A DNA stretch of 64,000 nucleotides, taken from contig JAQFVV010000003.1 of NCBI GenBank assembly GCA_028023455.1, positions 19,220,001 through 19,284,000 on the forward strand, read 5' to 3'. A program made the position numbers and the translations under genes. Under the pieces are notes generated by a model. That model saw nothing but the letters and a program-made list of their open reading frames with translations. It was not told the origin of the DNA and did not search any database. This DNA comes from Epiperipatus broadwayi. Its lineage: Eukaryota; Animalia; Onychophora. This document shows, piece after piece, positions 26,059 to 38,992 of this stretch; positions within the stretch are counted from its first letter, which is position 1; the number at the start of each line of letters is the position of its first letter.

Positions 26059-28436
26059 TAATTAAATATCTACTGGGTAATATTCTTTTTTTTTGCAATA
26101 ACCTTTTTCTCTTGTAGAAATGTTATGATCTCTAATCATTTTAAAGTTTTTAAGTCAGTACTAACTTTGTCTTAAATTTTGTAAAATTTTTACATTATGC
26201 ATTTTATTATGTGAAATACTACATATTTGAAAAGAATAATAAAAAAAGAATAAAACATGTATGCTTTCAACTTAAAGAAATTTTATTAACTTTCATTAGA
26301 AATCAGTACAATGTTACATTATTGCATTATCTATCTCATTCTGTTCACGTATTTTGATGTTTGAATTGAAATTATTTAACAATATACAATGTAATCTTGT
26401 TTTTTATTTTCAGCACATGAAAATAATATTTAGCTATGGTTTATGAAATTTTATGTAAATGGCAGTTATGAGAAATTTGATTTTCCCTGGACTCTATCTA
26501 GCATCCCTTTACATTTCTCTCTCTACTTTGAAAGAGATAGTTATTATCTAATTTTTATCACTATTTTTTTTATTCATCATAATTAATAAATTATGTAATA
26601 TTTATAATTTTTTTAAAAAGTATTTCAATAAAAATAAGTTTCTATTTACTAATGCAGATTTTTAAGAATTTGTGATTTTTTTCACCCGGTCATTTCCTAT
26701 TTTATAATAAATTCTTTAATCTCACAAATGATTAGTTTTACAATATATATATATAATTTATAATTCCGTATTTCAATAAATAATAAATAAATAAAAACCA
26801 TCTTTTTATAGTGTAGATTTTGAAAAAAAAAAAAATCTTTTCTATTGTAGATAGCTTATCAGAAAATTCAAATATTTAGCTCTTATATTTATCATACTTT
26901 TTATATATTTTAGAAACTGTAATGGTAAGCTGAGAGTCTGCAGATATGGCCAACATTCATAGCCAGAGAGCACCCCTACATTTCCCATCTAGAATTTCTT
27001 AAATTAAATCGTCTTCATTGGGTATAAAATGTTAATATTTATCTAGGAAGATTATAATTTACTGGTGAGGCCATCTAACTATATATCTATATAAAGCCAT
27101 CAACCATTACCAGCAATTTAATTTATATCCCCTAGGTCATGAAGAACTAGAGATTCCTTGGAATATTCAGTTGACCGTAGCATATGATAAAAATGATAAC
27201 GACTGGTAAAAGAGACCCATTAAAATAAACAAATAACCAAAATTTATTATAAATTCATTAATTATATTATAAGTTACATAATAATTATTCTTAGCTATTG
27301 TATTTCATAATTAACTGATGTAATTCAACATCTATTTATATATAAGATTATCTCAATGGATCATAACTCTAAAATCTTAAGTCATGTATATACTTATATG
27401 ACATTTCTAATATCTTTCTGAACACCATCAGGATCAGATTGCAATATTAAATCAACAATATCAGTTATTTTATTTATAAATTAATTGGTTATGCTTGTTA
27501 AAGCTAATTCGTTACATGCATGCATATATATACACTTTGAAATTTTAATTAAAAGGCAATACTAGCATAGACTCCAATCAAGCACCATTATTCTAAAATA
27601 AGTGAGTTATAAATATTATAATATAGCACAACATTCTCAGCATTAATCAAATCAACAATCATCCTTTGTGACTGGAATTAAAAAAGTATCAGGTCTTTGA
27701 TTTCTTTTTTATTGTTATTTTTAATTAATAAATTTATCTACCATTATTTTAAGTTATTCCAGTGAAATTATTTAATACTAAAATAGATTTAAGTATTATA
27801 AATATTTTCTCTTGTTCACAATCATAGTCTTGCATAACAGTGTTTACAATATATATGTGAAGATATATGTTTGTGTTTGGGCATCAGATTATTTTCTGTC
27901 AAATGATTTGGATAGTGCAATGATAAAGATCATATTTAAAGTCCATTCACTTTAAGATAATTATTATTTATTGATGGCCAGTATGCTCAAAGTACCAGTT
28001 ATTCAAGAGCATTAATGTGCAGCATATCTTGATCTCGGCATATTTTTTATGTGTATTATTGTAACTTCAGCACTTAAATATGTGCATACAAATCTTTTAT
28101 ATTATGCCTTAAGTTTGGCATTGGTAAAAAAATAATTAGCCTAGATTTTTTAAAGTATCTTTTAATTCCAGTCACAAAGGATGACTGTTGATTTGAATAA
28201 TGCTGTAATACTATGCTATATTATTATGCTTATAACTGGTTTTGAATAATGCCAGTAATACTATGCTATATTGTTATGCATATAACTTGTTTATTATTTA
28301 TTTCCAACTATGAATGCTTATTCTCTGCTCACATTCATTTCATTTATTTTGGAAAGATGTTTTACCATCACCCCACATTCGTACCATTACAATACATATA
28401 TGATTAAAAACTTTTGATTTATATAAATATTTATTT

Positions 28437-29155
28437 AAATAAATCATTTTATATAGCGCGATGTTTATAAACTGTAATAATTAAACAACATTAAGCTGTT
28501 GCACATGCGCTTTGCAGATTTTAACTATAAATGACTGAATACTAACACTTCAAACATATGTTAAAGTCTTTGGGAAAAGATAGAGTGGCCACCTATCTTT
28601 TCGAACCCAAACGCTTTTGTATGGGCAAATCTTAAGTGCCTGAAAATGAAAGCGTGAAGATATTAAATAATCACTTTAAATTACTTTTACATGCTTGAAT
28701 GAATGACGCTGGTGAAAATTACTAGAATTTACGATATGTCATTCTTATTTGAAATTAAATGTATGTAAATAAATCAATTATTTTATATAGCGCGATGTTT
28801 ATAAACTGTAATAGTTAAACAGCATTAAGCTGTTGCACATGCGCTTTGCAGATTTTAACTATAAATGACTGAATACTAACACTTCAAACACATAATAAAG
28901 TCTTTGGGAAAAGATTGAGTGGCCATCTATCTTTTCGAACCCAAACGCTTTTGTATGGGCAAATCTTAAGTGTCTGAAAGTGACAGTGTAAAAATATTAA
29001 ATAATCACTTTAAATTCCTTTTACATGCTTGAATGAATGACGCTGGTGAAAATTACTAGAATTTACAATACATCATTCTTATTTGAAATTAAATGTATGT
29101 AAATAAATCAATTATTTTATATAGCGCTATGTTTATAAACTGTAATAGTTATATA
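28437..29155. repeat. 334-bp tandem repeat, about 2.1 copies
   Basis: ATATAGCGC recurs at 28451, 28785 and 29119; units are highly similar. Confidence 0.9.
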
Positions 29156-32100
29156 ACGTATTTCAATAAATAAATAAAAATGTTTCTTTTCTATAATAAT
29201 TTTCTTCATTATATCCATTGCTTATTATAAAATATTTTAAGTTTTTATAATGTATAAATGCAATATATATGACTCAAAGCATTCAATTCTTTTTTATATT
29301 TATTCACATTGTGTATTTTTTTAATTTACCATGTGGGTAAATAATCTAGAAATATAAGCTGAACAATTCCTTAAATTGCCCATTTATGCTTCCCTTCTTT
29401 ATAGGAAGTATGTAGATATTGTTAAGTCCATAAAAATAATTTTTTATAATTATTAGAACATTATAAATATATCTAATAGAAAAATTTGTTCTAATTTAAA
29501 CATTCCCAAGTTTGAACCCTTATAAATTTTTATAACATTTATTACAACTATTTTTATATCCATTACTTAATGCTAATATGAATTTACTATGTTTAAATAT
29601 ATTGCTCATATGCAACTTTTTTTTTTTCTGATATTTTGACAAATAATTTGTAGATGTTGAATTTTACTCTAAGATTCATAAAAACAATTATTTTTATAAA
29701 ATATTATAACATTATAAATAGTCTAATAAGAAAATAAATAAATTTTAGTTTGAGCAGTTCCAAGTTTGAACCGTTTACTTCTTTTATAGTTTTTTTTTAA
29801 TGATAAAATGTATTACTTCTAGAATTATTTTTATAAGGACTTTGAATACAAACATTATAAATTTCACAAAAACAATTGTATTATAACTTATTATAAATAT
29901 TGCTGAAAAAAAAAAATGCAATTATAAACATAATTTTGTTCAAAAATCAAATAACTTTTTCTTTCTTTCTTTGATATATACACAATAAAAATATTTTTTT
30001 AAAAATCCTAATTTAAGTCATTTATTTGAAAAAATATTAAACAAATGAAAATGTAATATGATTGTGTATTGAAAAATTTATTTACATTTTTTTAATGTGA
30101 TAGTGTACAGTGCTCAGAGATGGAAAAATGGCTGCTTGTACTTCATAAAATAGATTAAACACATTGGGGGGGGGGGGATATACAACTTAGTCCAGAGTTC
30201 ATTGCATTTTCCATATTGCTTTTATTTCTTCTGATATTCGTTTTTCTTTATCCAATTACTGTTTTATATTAAAGTTTGAACTTTTTCTTTCTTTGTAATT
30301 ATTTGATCATCTGAAATTTTCATCAAAAACTTCTGCGTGGAAATAGAGAAGTCACTATTAGCTATGTATAGAATTTTAAATATATGAAATGTTGCAGTTA
30401 TTGCTTGAGGTCTAAGTGATTGGTATTTATATAAAAGCAATTTTTAACTTTGAAATTTAATTAAATTGGTCTGCCATTTATTAAAAAAAATATAAATGGT
30501 ACAAAAAATCGATGTATTTGGGATATTATTACAGGAACAATACTGTGACTGTAAATCATGAATTAAGAAAAAAAGAAATAAATATATTAAAATATGATAG
30601 CACCAACTTGATTACTTCACACAGCATGTGTAAACTTTGTACAGAAATACCATATTCTCATATTTTACTGCAAAAAAAAAAAAAAAAAATCAAATAATCC
30701 ATGAGAATGTTTTGAATAGTGGCAAAAACATACATAGTTAAAAGTCTATTCAGAAAAAAAAAAAAAGAACTTAAACATCATTGATGATTTTCTTATTATA
30801 GTAAATAACTATTAGTCAGAGATACAAATTCATTTTAGATGTGTTATAAAAACATAAATATGAAAATATATTAAAATTCACACATAAAAAAATATACTAC
30901 TAAAAACGATATAAAATTCATAATTTATTATTTTTTTTCCTTGGTAACTTTCATTTTCCATATGTTATGTTTAAATTTATTATTGTAGTGAGATGTCTAA
31001 CAACAAAAAAAGAAAGATCACAGATGATTACAGCATTTTCATGTCCACTAATACCATCTAGTGGAACTTAGGCTGATAAATAAATTAAACTATTTATTCT
31101 CATTTACAGTGAAAAATAACAATAATCAGCAATTTGGCATAAAATTTATACAGCAACAAATTTAAGATAGTGAAATGAATTTAACTAGCAAAGATATTTT
31201 CAAAATGAGAATAAAAAGTTTTATCAAATGTTCATATATATATAAAAATATAACATATGTAAAATCACTAATAACATAAAAGTTTATATTCCACTATCTT
31301 TGTATACATGGAAAAAAAACAAAAACATAACTGACAATCAATCTTAGACTCGTACGATATTTCTATTCTTCTAAGCATTTTTGTTCTTAGTTATTATACA
31401 ATTCATCTTAAAATTGTATCGTAAATTTACGTTAGTGGTGTGCAGTGAGTTTAGAGAGGGGACACATATTGTTTTAAATGAAAGCACCACTTTTAGATAA
31501 TTGAATAATGTTTTGTATAAGCTTTAAATAAATTATTTCATTAACCTAATTGAATTTCATATGTTTTTCATTAAAAAAAGAAAAAGGTATGGCCAACATA
31601 ATTTGTTTCTTTACAGACTTTTAATCAACATATTGTATCATGATGGCCAGTATTGAAATATTGTATATAGATTTTAATTTTCATATTTAAATTTGCCCTT
31701 TTTGACTTTGATCTTTGTCTTTATTATTGTTTATTAATAAAGTTCAGATATCCAAATGATCTTATCAATAAGGAATCAATTATGCAATATTGATAGATTT
31801 TCTCGTTTTGAAATTAGTAATGGTTTTAATATATATTTTATAAGTATATATATATTATAAAACTTTACACAACATGAAGCAAAAAGAAAATTGAAATATT
31901 ATTCTTACTTTAGTGATGTATAATAATTTTAATAAAAATAGTTTTAATAGTATTCAGAACATAATACTTAACACTATGTAGACTATTACAAATAACTTTA
32001 ACTACTATCACAGCATGGGTAGCATAATTTTATACTATCACTTTGTAGATTAAGTTTAAAAATTGCCTCCACAGAGAAAAAAGTACCATGTAATATGGTC

Positions 32101-32646
32101 TATTACTAATATTTTTAAACTACTGTTTCACCACAAGGGCAAACAAAAGTGCATAGTTTTGATTCAAAAAAATGCTTCCATTCATGCATAAAGAAGAGAT
32201 AAGATAGATTCAGAAAACATTATCAGCACATTTTGGAAACAGAAATTACATAATATTCAATGACCAATCAGAATAACTATATACTTGATTTTATCATTTT
32301 TATGGAAAAAAAAATTAAAGAAAACTTATAAATATGAAAATATTATATATAAAAAATTATAATTACTAAGTGAAGTAATGCTTTCATTGTTTCCATAGGC
32401 TGCATGTTACTGATTTTAGTAGTTTACATATGATACAATTGTAATATAAAATAATATTACAAGATGAGACTTAGATAAGTAAAAATGCAGGTCTATGACT
32501 GATTGGTATATTTTTCATGTTAGTAGTGGAAGTTGGTATTACATCATTACATAGGTAAATAAATACTTTGTACTCTCAACTTTTAAATGAACTGATTCAC
32601 TTGTATATTATAGCCACCAGATCTGGCTAACTTGCAACATTTATTG

Positions 32647-33658
32647 TAAACCCCCAGTGAGTTATACACAAACTAATACAAATCCATCAATAATCGAAAA
32701 AACCCTCATACTTTAGTTTGGATTGTATTTAAGCATTCAATTTATTGACATGTTACAATGCAGTGTGAATTTTGTATATTAACATGATTTCAGTATAAAT
32801 CATAAGCCATCCCAAAATCATTATAAACAATCAGAATATAAAGGCTGTGCCTCATTTTTAACAACTCTGGATATTAAATGAAACTTCAGTTAATAAACGT
32901 AAATGATTGTTTATAGTAATTTAAGAATGGGTTATGGTTATACTTATATCACATTAACATATGTTTAAATATAATCTAAGCTAAAGTATAAATGAGTCCA
33001 CTCTCTATTTTGTGCTTTTCTGAAGGTTTGTAATGATGGTGTTTTAGTTGTATTTATTGTTTGGACTATTTCTATTATATAATATGAGTATTGAATGTCT
33101 TGAAAAAAATTTAACTTTATTTAAATATTCCAAATACATTTAACTGTTACTAATAGCACATCAAACAGGTTAATATATGCACATTTCAAGAGGTATTATT
33201 CTCCCCCTGTTCTTCAGGTCTTGCTGAATTGACCAGTGACAGTACTAACATGGGAATTGAACCTAAACCCTTAGATTCTTGAATATTGAATTTTAAGGTA
33301 ATGCACTAACCAAGTGAGTCATCCTGCAGTTAATTAGAGAGTTATTTTAAATTTCAATACTCAAGAATAAAAAAATCCAGGTTCAATTTTCATGCTAGTA
33401 CTGTCACTGATCAGGTCAGCAACATCTGAAGAGGGGAGAATAATACCTCTCGAAACATTGTGCATATACTAACCTGTTTGATGTGATATTACTAATAGTT
33501 GAAGGTATTTGGAATATTTAAATAAAGTTAAATTTTTTTAAAAACATTCAACACTCATATTAGATGATGGAAATAGTCCAAATAATAAATATAACACTCT
33601 CTACTTTATTTATTGATGAGTTTGTATTAGTTTATATATATCTCACTGGGGGTTTATA
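32647..33658. mobile_element. Head-to-head inverted pair of tRNA-headed SINE-like elements
   Basis: Minus copy 33327 to 32647 has A-box-like TGACTCACTTGG and B-box GGTTCAATTCC (33263-33253). Plus copy about 33345-33658 lacks about 350 bp internally. Both end CTCACTGGGGGTTTA. Confidence 0.7.
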
Positions 33659-33960
33659 GTACCTTTAGCTTTAATTTCATTTATAGTAAACTATTATTAT
33701 TCTTTACATTAACATTTATTTTTGTGTCACCGATTGATGAAATTAAACTCTTTTCTGAAATTTTCAAAGGGAATTATCGCCACATACCAGAAAATAAATA
33801 TGAATTAAGTTTTAATTGACTTAAGGCTGAAATTTACTTGCAGAAGATCACTGAATAAGAAGTGAATGTCACTTTTATTTATATACACATCCAAATAATA
33901 TTTCTTACTTGGAATCTTACAATTTTTATATAATATATATATATTTTTTTTAAGTGTCAT

Positions 33961-34044
33961 AGCACCGGCTGGGATGCGAACCCACAAGCCGGGCAACGGC
34001 CTGCAAGTGCAAGGCAGTCACGCTGACCTCTCGACCACCAATGC
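33961..34044 (-). ncRNA. tRNA-like sequence (tRNA-Gly-like 5' end): short SINE or tRNA pseudogene
   Basis: Acceptor stem GCATTGG/CCGGTGC, A-box TGGTCGAGAGG, T-arm TGGG-TTCGCAT-CCCA and an extra stem GCCG/CGGC. The anticodon loop is irregular; followed by ATGACACTT and an A-run. Confidence 0.65.
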
Positions 34045-37000
34045 ATATTGTTTTTGAACCTCTTTAATTAATATGTAATAAATTTTGCATATGTATGTTG
34101 ATATGCTTTACAAAGTATATAATAAATTCTTTCTTTGAAGTTTTTGGTTTTCAGTTCAGCCAAAAGCATTGTAGAAAGAATAAATGCAGATTTCATAAAA
34201 CATACCATATATATGCAAAATTTAATATATTCTTGCTTTTCATAGCTGTTATTCTTTTATTTGTCAATAATGATATCACACTGTCCATTTGTCAGGCAAA
34301 CATATATATTTGTTGACAATTTCCTTTTTTTCATGTTTCTCTGTCACTTGATAATTTGAAGTGAAATTAAACATTAAGATTAAAATTTACAGCATCTAAA
34401 ATTTTCTATGGCTGATTAATACTGCAATGACAAATTTTTGTCAAATGATAGACTGTTCACAAAGAAATATTGCATATAAAAGCATTAAACGAGTTTATAA
34501 GTACTGATGTATGCTGCATAAGATTCAGTGTTGCAATTAAAAAAGTTTGAATTGTTACAGCACCACATTAAAAGGTTCAAATTGAGTAAAGTTTGTCTCG
34601 GATAGCTCAAAATTCTTTTTCACATACCAATCCAATCCTATTAAATATCTAAAATTGTTTGGGTATATGTAGCTAATCTTATTTAAAAGATAAAAATTTC
34701 TAAATCATCAAAATTGCTATTATTAAAAAAAATATCTGATACAATAATCACCATTGGTGGAAGAGGTTTTTTAATTCTCCTCAGGTATTATTTTTACTTC
34801 TAAATTTGTGATGCTACATAAAACGCTTTTAAGTAGTATTCATTTTATTACTGCCATCACTTTGATAGTTTTCACATAGTATATGTTGTTATCATGTGAA
34901 TTCCTCTTCTTATCTCCAAAAAAAAAAAAAAAAAATTAAATGGAAACTTAAATAAATTTAACATTTCATATTTGAAAAGTTTTGGAAATATAGAAGATGC
35001 AAGATAACAATAAAGATAAAAAAAAATAATATAGCTTTTAAAATTTTGGTTTATATTAGTTTCAATATCACAAAATATGCATTTATTACACACACATATA
35101 TATACACACGTGTCACATCCTGACTAATTACTGCTTTTATTATACTGAAAAAAAATAATATAGTAATGAGTTTTGAAAACATCTAAATTAGTAAATTTCT
35201 CTAGAACAATACTTAAGTATTGCAACATGTGCGTAATTTATACTTGGTTAAAATGAGACTGCCAAAAATACAATGGGTAAAACCATACCATTCTAATGAT
35301 ATTCGACTGTCTTAGTAAATATCTGTTGCAAATATAGCAAAAATTTAATTCCTACTCAATTCTTGGATTAAAATTAAATTTACATTTTTTTTTTTTATTT
35401 CTTATATTTTTACTTACTTTTTATATTAGTTATGATGCAAAATGGAATTACCAACCTATTTTTACAAGACACATTGTATGTCAAATAGATACCTATAGTT
35501 TACAAACTGCAATCTGGCTATTACTGGTCTAGTTTTTTAAAAGATCTCTAAATTTTACACATTTACATTATCATAAATTGCCTTTTCTTATTCTTTGATC
35601 AAAATTATATTCAAGATACCTGTAGTAACAATAATGATATATTCTAGAGTCATCTAAATAAGGAGTAATAATAGTCTCAGATGTTTGATCTAGATGAATG
35701 ACTGAGGTGGGATTCTGATAAAATAACGTGCTATAACAATAAGCACCCAGTTAAATGAGAAAAACTTCAGTATCTGTAACAATACAAACCTCTGGTATGG
35801 AAAAATTCCCACATTTATCATTTGTACTTTTAAGAGATAACAATTTGTGAAAGGTGGTTGAATGGAGGAATGAAAGTGTTTGTATTCATTTTCTATCTCA
35901 TCATTATCTGTAGATGTTGAACTTCCGACTACCAAATTTCTTCACAATATAAGAATAACTTTTAATATGAACTATATACGCAAAAATAGACAAGAGTCTT
36001 GAGAAAGAGTTTTCAATAGCAACCAATTTAAAATGAACACTAAATATTCTGGTATGTGTTTATTAATTTTTTCCACCTTAAATGAAAAAAAAAAATTTAC
36101 ATTTTTAAGTTTTTGTTATTCTTTTTATTTATTTTTTAATTATTATTCTTATTTTTCACCTTTACAAGAAATATAAATATGAGCGAGAATATGCTTCTTA
36201 ATATAGCAAATAAAATGACTATTTTTTTTTTTTTAAAAAGTATAATAAAATTTTGTTTAAAAAAAATTATATATATACATATAACTTAAGACTGAAAAAA
36301 AAAATCTGTGAAATGAAAAAAAAAATTAAATGTGTATTAAAAGAGAAAAAATATATCACCGAGATCAAACATAAAAAGCTCTGACAGTAAAATGATATCT
36401 AAACAGGCGTTGCACCAAAAATTCTACAAATGTTTGAATTCTAACTCAAAATTGGAAGAAAAGTATAAAGTAATTTGCTGTAACAGTATCGACAACACAG
36501 TACATATATATATATTTTCTGTGAAAAAAAAAAAAAAATCAGATATATATTTAAACCACTCACTTTATAAAATTCATAGAAAATTATTTAATTTGTTTTA
36601 AGTTTAGGGTACTAATAAAGCTAAATGTTTAGTTAAAAAAAGATCGTTAAATTTAAATGTAAACTTTATAAAAAAAATGTGTTAACATGATATGCAATGC
36701 CAAATTATTATCATTATTATCACTTGGTAATTGTATTTACCTGTCTCTAAATAAATAATCTTACACACATTACTTAAAGTTAATTCAAATCCCACGATAT
36801 AAATAAGTGATCTTTTGGAAAGTAAGTTTTTCAATTCCAAAAAAATCTCACGCAAAGAACTTTTGGATAAAAATACTAGGCAATTTTCAGTGGTATCTTA
36901 AACAAGGCCTACAAACTCTTGGCAAAAAGTATCATAGCCATTAAATATTACGTTGCTATTACCATTAATCAAATGTCTATTACACGTTAGATATTATCAA

Positions 37001-38227
37001 ACTAATGTAAGTAGTAGAGGTTGCAGAATCAGGAGCTAAAGTTCCTAAATCAATTCTCAGTTAATTTACTTTTTAAAAATAGTTTTAATCACATCAATGA
37101 AATCATTATGCTCAACCGTTATTTGGGCAGTAGAATGTTAAATTACTTCTTGATAAACTAACCAAAGTAAAACAATAATCAAATGGCTTCTCTCCATTAC
37201 ATAGCAGTAGCTCATAACATTATGCAATCTTTGACCACTGGATACCAGACTTGCGGTGAAATCATGTGCAGGCTATCAAACTGGATTCCCTGCAGTAGCA
37301 TCAAGTGTCCAGTAATAGGACTGTAGCAATGCTGAGTAACTGAAATATTACATATTTTAACTTTATGTACATTCTTAGAAATTAGAAAGAGGACCTCAAC
37401 TCTTTTCTATAAAAATTAATTATTCCCTGAGTCAAAAGCTAAAGGATTCCTGGATCAAAACTCAAACTGTCACTTCCAGTATTCAAATATCACAGGACCT
37501 CCTTAGTAACTAATCATTTAATTATTTTATATGACAGATTTTGTTTTATATAAAAATATAATCTTAAGCCAAATAAAATACAACAAATATATAGCCTCAG
37601 CTAAATATAATTGAAATAACTTAAATCATTGACTGCTGTAGTTGAGTGAGAACTGACATCAATGGTAGTTTGCCATTGCTTTCTATCCCTTAATATAATT
37701 TATTATAGCTAACTCATATATATTAATTATTAATGTTCTCATATCTACAGTAATTAATGCATCTACCTAATCTAGGTGAAATTAAATTTTTTTTTTTTCA
37801 AATTGCCAAAGCATAGGATTTTTCTTTCACATAGTTATCCTATCAGCCAACAAAATTATTGGGTAGTAAAAATGCTTATCTGTACTATTTATTAGATATG
37901 GATAACACATGGGAAGAAAACTACTAAAATCATCATTGCCTAGCAGTTGACTATCCTAGTGAGTATTCCTTCACTATTACTCTGTAGAAAAATCTGGAGA
38001 GATTTTTGTTCTGCAGTCTATTTTATTTATTTATATGTAAACAATAAAAATAGGCAAAACTCTCCATATATGCCACTCTATACAACCCAAAGCAATCAAT
38101 GGATGCAATAAAGTTTGATGGGAATCATGTGATGTTTAATGGTTTAACAATAAAAAAATAATATATATAATAATGATAATTATTATACACAGTCTTTCAA
38201 TCCACACAAGTATTTTCAGTTAATTAC

Positions 38228-38992
38228 TTAACCCTCTTCAACTGCCATTAAATTAAAAAAACAGAATGCAAGCAACGTCATCAAGTCAAATCCCTCGATT
38301 CTCAAATTTTAATGTTAGTGGTTTGTCTATTAATTGCATTCATTTTATTTTTATTTATGAAAATTGCCTCTTTAATTTTTCTTTTAAAAAGAAATATAAT
38401 GATTTAAAAGAGTTGAAGATTGATAATAAAAAATGGATATCTTCATATATTTCAAATGCTCAAGTGAATTTTCTTAAAGATATATATAAAGATGTGTTAA
38501 ATGTTTCATTTTGTGTTACAAATAAAGTTAATAAATTAGTGAATAATTTTAAAAGTGTCACACCTGTCAAGAAAAAAAGTAATGTTGTTTATCAGTTTTT
38601 TTGTGGATGTATGTTATCATATATAGATGAATCGAGATACAGTATAGAGAAAAGATTAATTAAAGGAGCATGAATTGTTATACAAGAGTGTAAAAAGTAA
38701 AAATAATAATGATTTAATGACTGTTTCAGTTTTCTTGGATCATGAAAGAACATGTAAATATAAATTTAAGATTGATCTTGAAAATGTTAAGATTCTTCAT
38801 GAGAGAAAAACCACAATAAAAGAAAAATTAAGGAGGCAATTTTCATAAATAGAAATAAAATGAATATAATTAATAGACAAGATGCTAATATTAAAATTTG
38901 GGAATCTTGGGATTTGAGTTGATGATGTTTGCTTTCATTATGTTTATTGAATTTAATGGCAGTTGAAGAGAGTTAACCAAAAATACTTCTGC
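38228..38992 (+). mobile_element. 5'-truncated Penelope-like element (GIY-YIG end) with an inverted 5' copy of its 3' end
   Basis: NVVYQFFCGCMLSYIDESRYSIEKR and later HERTC..KVKIL..KIKEAI..NRQDANIKI match the C-terminus of the 56661-59012 protein. Segment 38228-38383 is the reverse complement of 38820-38976. Confidence 0.85.

Noticed and set aside
28437-29155. CRISPR-like array
   Set aside because: Eukaryotic context, whole units are repeated with no unique spacers, and there are no cas genes.
37276-37339. Possible minus-strand terminal exon (YSALLQSYYWTLDATAGNPV*) after TTTCAG
   Set aside because: GC-richer island with an acceptor, but I recognise no protein and found no partner exons. Needs RNA-seq or BLAST.
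38228-38976. piggyBac MITE (TTAA-CCC...GAG-TTAA ends)
   Set aside because: The inverted arms include PLE coding sequence, and PLE/hammerhead similarity continues past the right TTAA. The TTAA is part of stem II.
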